Assembly (NCBI GenBank): GCA_015487495.1 | Contig: WFPP01000106.1 | Location: 609 to 64,608 of the forward strand | DNA length: 64,000 bases | Direction of reading: 5' to 3' | DNA from: Thiomicrorhabdus sp. | Lineage (GTDB): Bacteria > Pseudomonadota > Gammaproteobacteria > Thiomicrospirales > Thiomicrospiraceae | Part shown: piece by piece, positions 28,738 through 40,188 of the stretch | How the letters are laid out: each line of letters begins with the position of its first letter | Position numbering within the stretch: position 1 is the first letter of the stretch | Notes under the pieces: model-generated | Told to the model about the DNA's origin: nothing | Seen by the model: the letters and a program-made list of their open reading frames with translations, nothing else | The model's database searches: none | Program-made: the position numbers and the translations under genes

Positions 28738-28893
28738 TTGATCATACTCTTAATAATATCTAGCTAACACAAGAACAATAAAACATCATCATTCATATGT
28801 ATCATTAGAAAGACCAAAATATAATTTGACAAGGGCCTGTACTCTCCTTTGCCAAATCACTCGCAAAGTAACCTACGTTACCTTGCTGTCAGA

Positions 28894-30555
28894 TTAGATT
28901 TTATCTTTGAATAAGTCACCGAATGTTGAACCAGCCGCAGGTGCCTGAGACTCAGAGTACCCTTTTAGGGCTTCTTGTTCTTCGTGTGCTTCTTTTGCTT
29001 TCATTGATAATGAAAGTGAACGATTTTTACGATCAATATTCGTTACCTTGGCGGTAACGGTCTCACCTTCTTTCAAAACGCTGGATGCATCACGCGTGTC
29101 TTCCAGTAGTTCCGAAGCTCGAAGATAGCCTTCAACTTCTGGACCCAATTCAATTACCGCTCCACGTTTATCAACCGACTTAACCGTACCTTCAACAATG
29201 CTGCCTTTTCCATGTTCCGCAACAAACTGGCCAAACGGATCTTGCTCCAGTTGTTTAAGACCTAAAGAGATGCGCTCACGATCAGGATCGATAGACAGAA
29301 TAACCGTTTCAAGCTCATCACCTTTTTTAAAGTCACGAATGGCTTCTTCACCTGTTTGCTTCCAGGAGATGTCAGTTAAATGCACTAAACCATCAATGCC
29401 CCCTTCTAAACCGATAAAGATTCCGAAATCAGTAATGGACTTAATAACTCCTTGAATTTTATCGTTTTTAGCATGAATTGCCGAAAAGCTTTCCCAAGGG
29501 TTAACTGCACATTGCTTAATAGACAATGAAATACGACGACGTTCCTGATCAACATCCAGAATTTTAACACGTACTTCCTGACCCAAGTGAACCACTTTAG
29601 ATGGATGAATATTACGGTTTGTCCAATCCAGTTCTGAAGTATGAACCAATCCTTCAATGCCTTCTTCAATTTCAATAAATGCACCATAGTCGGTAATGTT
29701 AGCCACTTTACCAGCCACTTCTGCTCCCATTGGATAGCGAGAAACCATATCGGACCAAGGATCTTCCTCAAGTTGCTTAAGACCAAGTGAAACACGACTG
29801 CGCTCTTTATCAAACTTAAGAACTTTAACAGTAATTTCATCGCCAACATTAACGATTTCAGAAGGATGATTAACACGGCGCCAAGCCATGTCTGTAATGT
29901 GCAGAAGACCATCAACGCCACCAAGATCAATGAAAGCACCATAGTCAGTCAGATTCTTAACAATTCCTTTAAGAGTCGCGCCTTCTTCCATATTGGCTAG
30001 AATCGCTTCACGCTCTGCTGAGCTTTCAATTTCAATCACAGCACGACGGGAAACAACGACATTGTTACGCTTGCGATCCAGCTTAACAAGCTTCATTTCG
30101 ATCTCTTTTCCTTCCAGGAAACCAAAATCACGAATTGGACGAATATCCACAAGTGAACCAGGCAAGAAACCACGAACACCTTCAACATCAACCGTTAGAC
30201 CACCTTTCACTTTACCTGTGACCAGACCAACAACAACCTCACCTTCTTCCATTGCTGTTTCAAGACGATCCCAGGTTTTGGCACGTTTGGCTTTTTCACG
30301 CGATAAACGTGTTTCACCAAGACCGTCTTCCAGTGACTCAAGATACACTTCAACTTCATCTCCTACCGCCACTTCCAGCTCGCCATTTGCGTCTAAAAAT
30401 TGTGCCTTAGGGATAGAGGATTCAGATTTCATTCCGGCGTCAACAAGAACGGTTTCTTTATCAATACCAATAACAGTACCGATAATTAAAGAGCCTGTAT
30501 TAAATTTTTCTTGAAACGACTCTTCTAATAATTCAGCGAAAGATAATTCACTCAT
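28894..30555 (-). CDS. rpsA: 30S ribosomal protein S1
   Basis: Repeated S1 domains, AFLPGSLVD-like [26 protein letters not shown]. Confidence 0.98.
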   Translation of the reverse strand: MSELSFAELLEESFQEKFNTGSLIIGTVIGIDKETVLVDAGMKSESSIPKAQFLDANGELEVAVGDEVEVYLESLEDGLGETRLSREKAKRAKTWDRLETAMEEGEVVVGLVTGKVKGGLTVDVEGVRGFLPGSLVDIRPIRDFGFLEGKEIEMKLVKLDRKRNNVVVSRRAVIEIESSAEREAILANMEEGATLKGIVKNLTDYGAFIDLGGVDGLLHITDMAWRRVNHPSEIVNVGDEITVKVLKFDKERSRVSLGLKQLEEDPWSDMVSRYPMGAEVAGKVANITDYGAFIEIEEGIEGLVHTSELDWTNRNIHPSKVVHLGQEVRVKILDVDQERRRISLSIKQCAVNPWESFSAIHAKNDKIQGVIKSITDFGIFIGLEGGIDGLVHLTDISWKQTGEEAIRDFKKGDELETVILSIDPDRERISLGLKQLEQDPFGQFVAEHGKGSIVEGTVKSVDKRGAVIELGPEVEGYLRASELLEDTRDASSVLKEGETVTAKVTNIDRKNRSLSLSMKAKEAHEEQEALKGYSESQAPAAGSTFGDLFKDKI

Positions 30556-30763
30556 GGATAAATACTTCCAGTTTTTTCTAGCCGTTACCTTAAATCAGAT
30601 GGGAGTATCAATTAAGGCCACGGGTCAGTTAGTTAATTGCTGGCTTCCCAATCACCAACAAAACAAAATCCCCGAAAGCAAACGTGCATCCGGGGATTCA
30701 TTCAAAAAAGACTTTTTTATTTTTATGTTAAAAAACAAAAGGTTGTATTAACTAAAATAAAAA

Positions 30764-31435
30764 TTAAGTAGATAACACTCGTTCTTTTACTAAAGTACGT
30801 GCTTTTTTACAAACGTCCTCAATACCTAAATGAGAGGTGTCAATAACAATTGCATCCTCAGCAGGCCTAAGCGGCGCCGCCTTACGATTATGATCTCGAT
30901 CATCACGCGCTTTAATATCTTGTGTTATCTGTTCAATATTAGCATCAACTCCCTTACTTTTCAACTGTTTAACACGTCTTTCTGCACGAACTTCGGCAGA
31001 AGCGGTTAAAAACAACTTGAGATCCGCATCTGGAAACACAACCGTCCCCATATCTCGCCCATCTGCCACCAGCCCCGGTAGGATTGCAAACGCCTTTTGT
31101 CTCGCCATTAAAGCACTGCGTACTTCTGGAATCACAGCAATTGTTGAGGCCACTCCAGCAATTTCTTCTGTACGAACTTGAGAGGTAATATCTTCCCCTT
31201 CGTAAAAAATACCGCAAGAAACAAACTCTACAGGTAGCGTTGTAGCCAAATTAACCAAAGCCGCCACATCTTCTAATGCCAGTGCATTTTTGACTGCGCC
31301 AAATGCCAACGCACGATAAATCGCACCACTGTCCAACAGATGAAATCCGGTTTCATCTGTTAAAAACTGCGCTAATGTACCTTTACCAACGCCACTTGGG
31401 CCATCAATGGCAATCACAGGAACGTGCTGACTCAT
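30764..31435 (-). CDS. cmk: Cytidylate kinase
   Basis: IAIDGPSGVGKGT, LDSGAIYR, ADGRDMGTVVFPDA. Confidence 0.97.
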   Translation of the reverse strand: MSQHVPVIAIDGPSGVGKGTLAQFLTDETGFHLLDSGAIYRALAFGAVKNALALEDVAALVNLATTLPVEFVSCGIFYEGEDITSQVRTEEIAGVASTIAVIPEVRSALMARQKAFAILPGLVADGRDMGTVVFPDADLKLFLTASAEVRAERRVKQLKSKGVDANIEQITQDIKARDDRDHNRKAAPLRPAEDAIVIDTSHLGIEDVCKKARTLVKERVLST

Positions 31436-31465
31436 ATCACCCTACCTCTTATTATTAAATCGTTA

Positions 31466-31494
31466 TTAAGGAATTTTATTCAGAGCTTCCTTAA
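31466..31494. repeat. 21-bp IS5-type micro-element at aroA stop
   Basis: Minus strand TTAA-GGAAGCTCTGAATAAAATTCC-TTAA; the first TAA is the aroA stop. Confidence 0.7.
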
Positions 31495-32825
31495 ACAACA
31501 TCCACCTTCATCCCCACCTGATTAATCAGTTTAATAAATGTTGGAAAGGATGTGTTTACATTTGCACAATCGTCAATCACAATTTCAGAAGTCGCATTTA
31601 ACCCCGCGATGGTCATTGCCATTGAAATACGATGATCATGGTGGCTTTGGATTTCGGATTGTTGTGCAGTTTGTTTGCCAGCATTAATAATCATTCCATC
31701 TGGTGTAGGTTGTGCATCAATGCCCACTGCCTGCAACGCATCTGCCATCACCTGAATGCGATCTGATTCCTTAACTCGTAACTCCTCCGCACCCGTTAAA
31801 ATCGTTTGTCCTTCCGCGCTGGCAGCCACAACAAATAAAACAGGAAATTCATCAATGGCTAAAGCCACTAATTTTTCTGGAATTTGAATGCCTTTTAGAG
31901 GTGCATAGCGAACATGCACATCAGCAACAGGTTCTCCCCCCACTTCATGAGCATTTTCAAGCTGAATATCCGCACCCATTAACGTTAAAATATCAATGAT
32001 TCCAACACGCGTTGGATTCATTCCAACGTGTTCTATTACAAGGTCAGAGCCTTTTGAAACCGCGGCTGCGGCAATAAAGAAAGCAGCTGAAGAAATATCA
32101 GAAGGCACATCAATATGACGCGCGGTTAATCCCCCCCCCCCTTGCAAGCAAACTTTGGTTTTTTGAGCACCCTGTTTTTCAGAAACCACAGAATACCCAA
32201 ACCCATTTAACATACGCTCAGTATGATCTCTGGTTGGAGCGGGCTCAAGAGCACACGTTGTGCCTTTTGCATACAATCCTGCCAATAATACACAAGACTT
32301 TACTTGTGCGCTGGCCATCGGCAAAATATAATCGATTCCTTGTAAAGAGCGCTCTCCTGTTCCGGTAATCTTTAAAGGGGGAGTACCGTTTTCACTGGTT
32401 TCAATGTTAGCCCCCATTAAACGCAAAGGTTCAGTGACACGCTTCATTGGGCGTTTAGATAAAGACGCGTCTCCAATCAGCTCACAATTAAAATTCTGCC
32501 CAGCCAAAATACCTGCCATTAAACGCATGGCTGTTCCAGAATTCCCCATATCCAAAGGCGCTTTAGGCTGTTTAAGCCCTTTTAACCCAACCCCTTTAAT
32601 GATCACATTGCCCTCTTCAGGCCCATCAATGGAAACGCCCATCTCTTGAAATGCCCTTAAGGTTGCTAAACTGTCATCGCCTTCCAGAAAACCCGTTACC
32701 GTTGTTGTGCCTTCTGCAATGGCACCCAACATAATGCTTCGATGAGAGATTGACTTATCACCTGGTACTCGAATTCGACCTTTAATCGTGCCACCTGGCT
32801 GAACTTTGAATTTTACATTTGACAT
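31491..32825 (-). CDS. aroA: 3-phosphoshikimate 1-carboxyvinyltransferase (EPSP synthase)
   Basis: PGDKSISHRS, GNSGTAMRL, SAQVKS, RDHTERM, LRVKESDRI, HHDHRISM. Confidence 0.98.
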   Translation of the reverse strand: MSNVKFKVQPGGTIKGRIRVPGDKSISHRSIMLGAIAEGTTTVTGFLEGDDSLATLRAFQEMGVSIDGPEEGNVIIKGVGLKGLKQPKAPLDMGNSGTAMRLMAGILAGQNFNCELIGDASLSKRPMKRVTEPLRLMGANIETSENGTPPLKITGTGERSLQGIDYILPMASAQVKSCVLLAGLYAKGTTCALEPAPTRDHTERMLNGFGYSVVSEKQGAQKTKVCLQGGGGLTARHIDVPSDISSAAFFIAAAAVSKGSDLVIEHVGMNPTRVGIIDILTLMGADIQLENAHEVGGEPVADVHVRYAPLKGIQIPEKLVALAIDEFPVLFVVAASAEGQTILTGAEELRVKESDRIQVMADALQAVGIDAQPTPDGMIINAGKQTAQQSEIQSHHDHRISMAMTIAGLNATSEIVIDDCANVNTSFPTFIKLINQVGMKVDVV

Positions 32826-32928
32826 AATTTTGATTCTTTTTTAAAAAATGAGAATAGATAAAAATTTCTCCCCCCTTATCTCAAGTTACCACGAAACACT
32901 TGCAACAAAAAAAGAGAGAAAAGCGGGA

Positions 32929-33801
32929 TTAAATAATGTGTTTATCTCGAGCTGCTTTTGCTTCTAAAAACAAAGTATGCAGTTGTTCACCATCTTGCTG
33001 TTCAACCAATTTTGTTAAGTCCGCAAGGGTTTTTTGATAAGCATTTAACCACTTTACAATGGCATCCGAATTGGTGAGAGCAATGTCTCGCCACATGGTC
33101 GCATCACTGGAGGCAATACGGGTAAAGTCTTTAAATCCCCCAGCAGTATAAGGAAACACATTGCCCAACTCTTTGTGTTCATTTAACAAGTCTACTAACG
33201 CAAACGCCAGCAAATGAGGTAAATGACTGGTGGCAGCAAAGACATCATCATGCTTACTGGCAGACATCATTTCAACCTTTGCCCCTAATGTACGCCATAA
33301 ATAAGCCACTCGTTCAACCGAACCGGAGTGAGTTGATTCGTCAGGGGTTAAAATCACGCGGTGTTTCACAAAAAGAGTCGAGTCCGCTGCTTCCACCCCA
33401 CTTTTTTCCTTACCAGCAATAGGGTGTCCAGGTACAAAGTGTTCTGGCAACACACCAAAGACCGTTTTTACGGCCTGAATCACACTGCTTTTGGCGCTAC
33501 CAGCATCGGTAATAATAACATTGGGTTTTAAATATGGCTTAATTTGCTCCAAAACGGATGTCATTACACCAAGAGGGACTGAAAGCATAATAAGGTCACT
33601 GTTTTCAACAGCGATTTTTATATCGGTGCTATACGCATCCACAACGCCTAATGCAACGGCTTTTTTTAAATTAGCCTCATGCTGACCAAAACCAAATACA
33701 GTCTGCGCAAGCCCTTGCTCTTTTAACCCCTTCGCAAAGGAGCCACCAATTAAACCGACCCCAATAATGGTCACTTTATTAAAAGGGCTGTTACTTAACA
33801 T
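32929..33801 (-). CDS. tyrA: Prephenate/cyclohexadienyl dehydrogenase
   Basis: GVGLIGGS, TDAGSAK, GHPIAG.E.SG, SHLPHL, GGFKDFTRIASSD. Confidence 0.93.
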   Translation of the reverse strand: MLSNSPFNKVTIIGVGLIGGSFAKGLKEQGLAQTVFGFGQHEANLKKAVALGVVDAYSTDIKIAVENSDLIMLSVPLGVMTSVLEQIKPYLKPNVIITDAGSAKSSVIQAVKTVFGVLPEHFVPGHPIAGKEKSGVEAADSTLFVKHRVILTPDESTHSGSVERVAYLWRTLGAKVEMMSASKHDDVFAATSHLPHLLAFALVDLLNEHKELGNVFPYTAGGFKDFTRIASSDATMWRDIALTNSDAIVKWLNAYQKTLADLTKLVEQQDGEQLHTLFLEAKAARDKHII

Positions 33802-34966
33802 GGTGGCTTGACTCTTCGTTTAATATTACTTGCATCACCTGCTTTAAAGCATCTAAAAAATGTTGGTTTTCCACCTGCGTACCAATAGAAACACGCAAAA
33901 ATTCACATAATCCATAATTTGCCAAAGGCCGAACAATGACTCCTTCGGCTAAAAGTTTCGCATTCACCTCAAGCGCTTTATCTCCCAAATGCAAACAAAT
34001 AAAATTGCCTGACGAAGGAATAAAAGACACCGCTAACGCCTCCAGCCCTAATGTCATTTGTCGCATACCCTGTTGATTCAGCAACACACTTTTTTCAATA
34101 AATTCTTGGTCATTAATGGCTGCCACAGCTGCCACCTGAGCATAATGATTAACATTAAAAGGAGCGCGTACCTGATTGATATACTGAACTATTTCACGAC
34201 ATCCAATCAAGTAGCCAATACGTAATGACGCCAAGCCATACGCTTTTGAAAATGTACGGGAAATCACAAGATTGGGGTATTGCTCAAGGTACATTAAACC
34301 ATCAGGATACGTTGCACCGGAATGCTGTGCATGGGCGTATTCAAAGTATGCTTCATCCAGCACCACCACAACCCGATCAGGTACTTGATGCATAAACGCC
34401 TCCCACTGTTTTCGATTAAACAGGGTTCCGGTTGGGTTATTTGGGTTCGCAAGATAGATTAATTTTGTGTTTTCAGTAATGGCTGCCAACATTGCCGTTA
34501 AGTCATGCCCCCAGTCTACAGCAGGCACTTCAACCCCTTTTGCACCGACCATTTGCGCCGAAATGGCGTAAACAGCAAATCCATATTGAGAATAAATGAT
34601 TTCATCGCCCTGACCAGCAAATACCCTTGCCACCAGTTCAAGCAACTCATTTGAGCCATTTCCAATAGCAAGTTGTGCAGAATCCACCTGTAACGCACTT
34701 GCTAACGTCTCTTTTAACATAAAAGCCCCTCCATCAGGGTAGCGGGCAATTTGGGTTAATTCACGATTAATCGCCTCAGAAACAGCGGGACTTGCTCCAA
34801 GAGGGTTTTCATTTGACGCTAATTTTGAAATATACGTTAACCCCAACTCTCGTTGCAGTTCGCTAACGGGTTTGCCTGGAACATAAGGGTGAATGTCCAA
34901 TATTTGAGGCTGAACCACATCACAAAAAAGGGCATTAAATGGCTGGGATTTTGGGCTATTTGGCAT
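33791..34966 (-). CDS. hisC: Histidinol-phosphate/aromatic aminotransferase
   Basis: YVPGKP, KLASNENP, NPNNPTG, DEAY, RTFSKAYGLASLRIG. Confidence 0.95.
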   Translation of the reverse strand: MPNSPKSQPFNALFCDVVQPQILDIHPYVPGKPVSELQRELGLTYISKLASNENPLGASPAVSEAINRELTQIARYPDGGAFMLKETLASALQVDSAQLAIGNGSNELLELVARVFAGQGDEIIYSQYGFAVYAISAQMVGAKGVEVPAVDWGHDLTAMLAAITENTKLIYLANPNNPTGTLFNRKQWEAFMHQVPDRVVVVLDEAYFEYAHAQHSGATYPDGLMYLEQYPNLVISRTFSKAYGLASLRIGYLIGCREIVQYINQVRAPFNVNHYAQVAAVAAINDQEFIEKSVLLNQQGMRQMTLGLEALAVSFIPSSGNFICLHLGDKALEVNAKLLAEGVIVRPLANYGLCEFLRVSIGTQVENQHFLDALKQVMQVILNEESSHHVK

Positions 34967-34975
34967 AAATTTAAC

Positions 34976-36067
34976 TCAAAGTGGTGAAACAGGGAACGAC
35001 CCTAATAGTTTAAAAAAAGTGGTTTTTAACGCCACTTCTTGTAATGCTTGCTTCACATTTTCTTCTTCTTGATGCCCCAAGACATCAATAAAAAAAAGGT
35101 AATCCCATGTTTTATCTGTTGAAGGGCGTGAAATAATGCGGGTCATATTAATATCTCGCAGACTAAAACAGGACAAAATATCCAGCAAAGCACCTGCACT
35201 GTTTCTCATGGATAAAATCATCGCTGTTTTATCTTCGCCACTGGGAGGCACCGCTTCTTTTCCCAATACCCAAAATTTGGTTGTATTGTCTGCCTGATCT
35301 TCAATGTTGGATTCCAAAATAGTTAATTCATACAGTTGCGCAGCTTGCTCCGATGCAATCGCAGCAAGAGTAGGGTCTGCTTGTGCCTGTTTGGCGGCCA
35401 ATGCGTTGGAAGAGACAGATTCAACCTCAACCCACGGCAAATTATTTTTAATCCACTGTTCACATTGACCTAGCGCCTGGGGGTGCGCAACAATTTTCTT
35501 AAGAGTTTCAACCGAAACTGATTTTGATAATAAACAGTGGTGGATTGCCAAATCCACTTCTCCCGAAACCTTTAAGGACGTTTTTAATAACGCATCTTGA
35601 GTGCTTTTTACAATGCCTTCCGAAGAATTTTCTACAGGCACAATGCCATAATTTACTCCCCCCTTTTCAACAATACTAAATACATCTTCAATAGTTGAAA
35701 CAGCAACTGGATGAGCAGAAGAACCAAACTGTTTAATCACACTGGCATGAGTGTAACTTCCCTCTGGTCCAAGATAGGCAACACTGATTGGTTGCTCCAA
35801 TGCCAAACAAGCCGACATAATTTCTCTGAACAGCTTGGCCATTTCTTCGTCTGGCAACAAACTGGTGTTGCGAGCTTTTACTGCCCTCAACACCTGAGCT
35901 TCACGCTCAGGTCGATAAAAAACGGTTGCTACTTGTCCACCTTGGGTTTTAATGTCAGCCACCTTTTGAGCACACGAAGCCCGTTGACCAATCAAGTCTT
36001 GAATTTGAATATCAATCGCATCAATTTCATTTCGTATTTGAATCAACTGTTCCTGTTCATCTGTCAT
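34976..36067 (-). CDS. pheA: Chorismate mutase/prephenate dehydratase (P-protein)
   Basis: RNEIDAID, YLGPEGSYT, VPVENSSEG, HPQALGQC, NTTKF, ACT domain. Confidence 0.96.
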   Translation of the reverse strand: MTDEQEQLIQIRNEIDAIDIQIQDLIGQRASCAQKVADIKTQGGQVATVFYRPEREAQVLRAVKARNTSLLPDEEMAKLFREIMSACLALEQPISVAYLGPEGSYTHASVIKQFGSSAHPVAVSTIEDVFSIVEKGGVNYGIVPVENSSEGIVKSTQDALLKTSLKVSGEVDLAIHHCLLSKSVSVETLKKIVAHPQALGQCEQWIKNNLPWVEVESVSSNALAAKQAQADPTLAAIASEQAAQLYELTILESNIEDQADNTTKFWVLGKEAVPPSGEDKTAMILSMRNSAGALLDILSCFSLRDINMTRIISRPSTDKTWDYLFFIDVLGHQEEENVKQALQEVALKTTFFKLLGSFPVSPL

Positions 36068-36082
36068 TAAAAAAACCTCAAA

Positions 36083-37192
36083 TTAAACGCTTAACATCGC
36101 ATTCGAATGCGAGCGTTCAAACTGTTTCATAAACGCAATTAAGGCATCCACACCCTCTTCCGGCATGGCATTATAAATACTGGCACGCATCCCCCCAAAC
36201 GCTTTATGTCCTTTTAAACTTAACAACTTGGCCGCTTTGGATTCGTCTAAAAATAGGGAATCCAGTGTAGAATCCTTAAGATGAAAAGTCACATTCATTT
36301 TCGAACGCTGTGAAGGGGTAATGGTATTTGAATAAAACTCAGACTGATCAATATACCCATAAAGCTTTTGGGCTTTACGGGTATTCACCTCAGCAACAGC
36401 CTCAACCCCCCCATTGGTTTTAAGCCAATTAAACACCAAACCCGCTAAATACCAGGCGTAGGTTGCAGGGGTATTAAACATCGAATCGTTTTGAGCGTAC
36501 ACCTCCCAATTTAATAACGATGGGGTAATGTCTCGTGCTTGCCCAACCAAGTCATCACGAATAATCATAATAGACAAACCCGCTGGTCCAATGTTTTTTT
36601 GAGCACCCGCATAAATGATGGCATACCGGCTAACATCAATGGGACACGACATAATATTAGAAGACATGTCTGCAATAACGGGCTTACCTTGTGCAAAAAT
36701 ATGCTCTAAATGCACTTCTTGAAATTCCAGCCCAGTGATGGTTTCATTTGAACACAGGTGAATGTATTTTGCCTCTGGACTGAAGCGCCATGTGGCTATG
36801 TCTGGAATTTCTGTTGGATTAGCCACATCACCACCGGCCACCACATTCACGTTTGCATAACGCATGGCTTCTTTAATTGCTTTAGTAGACCAAACCCCCG
36901 TATTAAAATAATCAACCGTATCACCAGGTTGTGTTAAGTTAAGCGGAATGCCCGAAAATTGCATCGATGCACCACCATGCAAAAATAACACTAAATAATT
37001 GTCAGGAATACTCATCACTTCACGTAAATCCGCTTCAGTTTGATGCGCGACCGACATATATTCTTTACTGCGATGGCTCATTTCCATCACCGACATTCCC
37101 GTATTATTCCAGTTTAAAAACTCTTTTTCTGCTCTTTGCATGACGGCTTCGGGCAACATGGCGGGGCCAGCACTAAAATTAAACGCTCTCAT
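36083..37192 (-). CDS. serC: Phosphoserine aminotransferase
   Basis: FNFSAGPAMLP, EMSHRS, YAGAQKNIGPAG, GGMRASIYNA. Confidence 0.98.
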   Translation of the reverse strand: MRAFNFSAGPAMLPEAVMQRAEKEFLNWNNTGMSVMEMSHRSKEYMSVAHQTEADLREVMSIPDNYLVLFLHGGASMQFSGIPLNLTQPGDTVDYFNTGVWSTKAIKEAMRYANVNVVAGGDVANPTEIPDIATWRFSPEAKYIHLCSNETITGLEFQEVHLEHIFAQGKPVIADMSSNIMSCPIDVSRYAIIYAGAQKNIGPAGLSIMIIRDDLVGQARDITPSLLNWEVYAQNDSMFNTPATYAWYLAGLVFNWLKTNGGVEAVAEVNTRKAQKLYGYIDQSEFYSNTITPSQRSKMNVTFHLKDSTLDSLFLDESKAAKLLSLKGHKAFGGMRASIYNAMPEEGVDALIAFMKQFERSHSNAMLSV

Positions 37193-37201
37193 CCTGTCTT
37201 A

Positions 37202-39844
37202 TTACCCTTCTTTATCACTCTCATCATGGACATTTTTTATTTCTAAATGTGTCTCACCTGTTTCATTTGATGCCGTTATATCTGTATGAACAGTATCATC
37301 ACCATCAGACTCAATCGTTTCTTCAATGTCCACCACTGCCAAGTCAACAACCTGTTCCCCTTTGGTCACATTAATAAGCTTAACCCCCTGTGTATTACGG
37401 CCTACCACGGACACTTCTGAAATCCGGGCACGTACTAACGTGGCTTTATTGGTAATTAACACCATCTCTTGTTCTGGTACAACGGCTACCGCAGCAACCA
37501 CCAAACCATTTCGAACAGAGGTTTTAATGGAAATAACCCCTTGCCCACCACGATTAATGGTGGAGTAGTCTTCTACCGGTGTACACTTACCAAATCCATT
37601 TTCAGTGGCGGTTAGAATCAGCGTTCCAGGCTTGGCCACCTGCATGCTAATAACGCTTGCCCCTTCACCCAGCTTCATGCCACGTACACCACGCGCCGTA
37701 CGACCCATTACTCGTACATCACTCTCTTTAAAGCGAATGGCTTTACCAACGTTACTGAATAACATAATCTCTTGTTCGCCGTCTGTGAGCGCGGTTCCCA
37801 CCAACTCATCGTCTTCCAGTAAATCAACGGCAATAATGCCATTAACACGAGGGCGAGAAAAGTCCTTTAACTTCACACGCTTTACAATTGAATTACGTGT
37901 CGCCATAAAGACAATACGCTCATCATCAAACTCATTAACAGGCAAGACCGAGGTAATGTGCTCCCCCTCTTCCAACGGCAATACATTCACAATTGGCTTA
38001 CCGCGACTGCCACGACTGGCCAGCGGTAACTGCCATGTTTTTTGCCAGTACAACTTCCCTTTATTAGAGAAACACAGCAGCATATCATGCGTACTGGCCA
38101 CAAACAGTTGCCCTACCTCATCCTCTTCTTTCATCGCCGTAGCCGACTTACCACGTCCACCGCGTTTTTGAGCACGATAGTCACTTAACGGTTGCGTTTT
38201 AATGTAGCCATCTTGAGATAAGGTGACAATACGCTCTTCAACCGCAATTAAATCTTCTGCATCCAAATCTTGATAAGAGTAATCAATTTCTGTACGACGA
38301 GCGTCACCGAATAGTTCAACCACTTCGTTTAACTCTTCTTTCACCACTTCGGTTAAGCGTTCAGGGTTTCTTAAAATCTCTAAATACTCCGTGATTTTTG
38401 CCACTAAGTCTTTATACTCTCCAATGATTTTATCTTGCTCTAACCCCGTTAAACGGTGTAAACGCATTTCAAGAATAGACTGAGCTTGAACAGGAGACAG
38501 TTTATAAATGTCGCCTTCTGCCCCAAAGCCTTCTGGCAAGTTTTCTGGGCGCACGTCTTTCAGCTCTACACGCCCCAATAACGCCACCATATTGCCAACC
38601 GACCAATCTCTTTCCAGCATGCGCTCTTTCGCAACTGCCGGGCTTGGTGAGGCCTTAATCAGCTCAATCATCTCATCAATATTATTAAGCGCAACCGCCA
38701 ACCCTTCTAATACATGGGCTTTTTCACGTGCTTTTCTGAGCTCAAAAATAGTGCGTCGAGTAACCACTTCGCGACGGTGTTTTACAAAGGCTTCAATGAT
38801 TTGTTTTAAGTTCAATAATTTTGGTTGACCATCAATCAGCGCCACCATATTAACCCCAAACGAGGTTTGCATCGCCGTTTGCTTATAGAGATTGTTAATC
38901 ATAATCTCAGGCACTTCGCCACGGCGAAGTTCAATCACAATGCGCATTCCGTCTTTATCCGACTCATCACGCAATGCCGTAATGCCGTCTATTTTTTTCT
39001 CTTTAATCAATTCTGCAATGCGCTCAATCAAACGCGCTTTATTCACTTGATAAGGCAACTCATCCACAATGACCTTGGACTTGCCCGATGCATCGGTTTC
39101 AATGGACGTTTTGGCACGAATTTTAATGCTTCCACGCCCCGTTTCATACGCCGAACGAATGCCGGATAACCCATTAATAATACCGTGTGTTGGAAAGTCT
39201 GGCCCTGGAATGTGTTCCATTAAATCGGATATATCAATATCTGGATTGTCAATCAACGCCAAACAGGCATTAACGGTCTCGGTTAAATTATGGGGTGGGA
39301 TATTGGTCGCCATTCCCACGGCAATCCCAGAAGAACCATTAACCAGCAGGTTAGGAATGCGGGTTGGTAGTACCACAGGCTCCGATTCAGATCCATCATA
39401 GTTTTCTGCAAAATTAACCGTCTCTTTCTCTAAATCGGCCAGTAAATGATGTGCAATTTTGGACATTCTGATTTCGGTATAACGCATGGCGGCTGGCGAA
39501 TCGCCATCCACCGAACCAAAGTTACCTTGTCCATCCACCAACATATAACGCAATGAAAACGGCTGCGCCATCCGAACAATGGTGTCATAAACGGCGGTAT
39601 CACCATGCGGGTGATATTTACCGATTACATCCCCGACAATACGGGCCGATTTTTTGTAAGGTTTATTAAAGTCATTGTTTAACACATTCATCGCATACAA
39701 CACACGGCGATGAACCGGTTTTAAACCATCTCTTACATCAGGTAGCGCTCGACCTACAATAACGCTCATTGCATAACTGAGGTAAGAACCTTCCATTTCA
39801 TCTTCTAGCGCAATAGGAATAATTTCATGTGCAAAGTCAGACAT
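37202..39844 (-). CDS. gyrA: DNA gyrase subunit A
   Basis: [17 protein letters not shown] active site, GyrA-box QKRGGRG, beta-pinwheel repeats, acidic tail. Confidence 0.98.
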   Translation of the reverse strand: MSDFAHEIIPIALEDEMEGSYLSYAMSVIVGRALPDVRDGLKPVHRRVLYAMNVLNNDFNKPYKKSARIVGDVIGKYHPHGDTAVYDTIVRMAQPFSLRYMLVDGQGNFGSVDGDSPAAMRYTEIRMSKIAHHLLADLEKETVNFAENYDGSESEPVVLPTRIPNLLVNGSSGIAVGMATNIPPHNLTETVNACLALIDNPDIDISDLMEHIPGPDFPTHGIINGLSGIRSAYETGRGSIKIRAKTSIETDASGKSKVIVDELPYQVNKARLIERIAELIKEKKIDGITALRDESDKDGMRIVIELRRGEVPEIMINNLYKQTAMQTSFGVNMVALIDGQPKLLNLKQIIEAFVKHRREVVTRRTIFELRKAREKAHVLEGLAVALNNIDEMIELIKASPSPAVAKERMLERDWSVGNMVALLGRVELKDVRPENLPEGFGAEGDIYKLSPVQAQSILEMRLHRLTGLEQDKIIGEYKDLVAKITEYLEILRNPERLTEVVKEELNEVVELFGDARRTEIDYSYQDLDAEDLIAVEERIVTLSQDGYIKTQPLSDYRAQKRGGRGKSATAMKEEDEVGQLFVASTHDMLLCFSNKGKLYWQKTWQLPLASRGSRGKPIVNVLPLEEGEHITSVLPVNEFDDERIVFMATRNSIVKRVKLKDFSRPRVNGIIAVDLLEDDELVGTALTDGEQEIMLFSNVGKAIRFKESDVRVMGRTARGVRGMKLGEGASVISMQVAKPGTLILTATENGFGKCTPVEDYSTINRGGQGVISIKTSVRNGLVVAAVAVVPEQEMVLITNKATLVRARISEVSVVGRNTQGVKLINVTKGEQVVDLAVVDIEETIESDGDDTVHTDITASNETGETHLEIKNVHDESDKEG

Positions 39845-40188
39845 TGTTCATCCAGTTTTTTTATTGAAAAGTATTAAGCCCGCCATTATAAACCAAATAC
39901 CCCCTTTAAATCGACAATAATAATATTCTCCTCCCCCCAACGATATTTTCATTAAAATGGCCCAGAGTGGCCCTGAAGGAAGATATTCATCTCTAGTAGC
40001 ACTCTAAAATCAAAAAGCCCTCCCCTGTGACGCTCTTAATGCTACCAATCCAAAAAACATACCACTCCTTGCATCGAAACGTGAAAAATCATGTAAGAAT
40101 TAACGAGAACATCAAGTTTTAACCTTAAAAGCGGGATTATGGGTATAATCTTCGAAATGTTCCGTTTTAAAATAAAAGCGACTTTTTT

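Noticed and set aside
30723-30733. TTATGTTAAAA resembling the XerD arm of dif
   Set aside because: No spacer or XerC arm; AT-rich chance match
37326-39401. Several long plus-strand ORFs antisense to gyrA (also those antisense to rpsA, dnaB, tig, fabI)
   Set aside because: Antisense shadows of conserved genes, with no RBS or recognisable motifs
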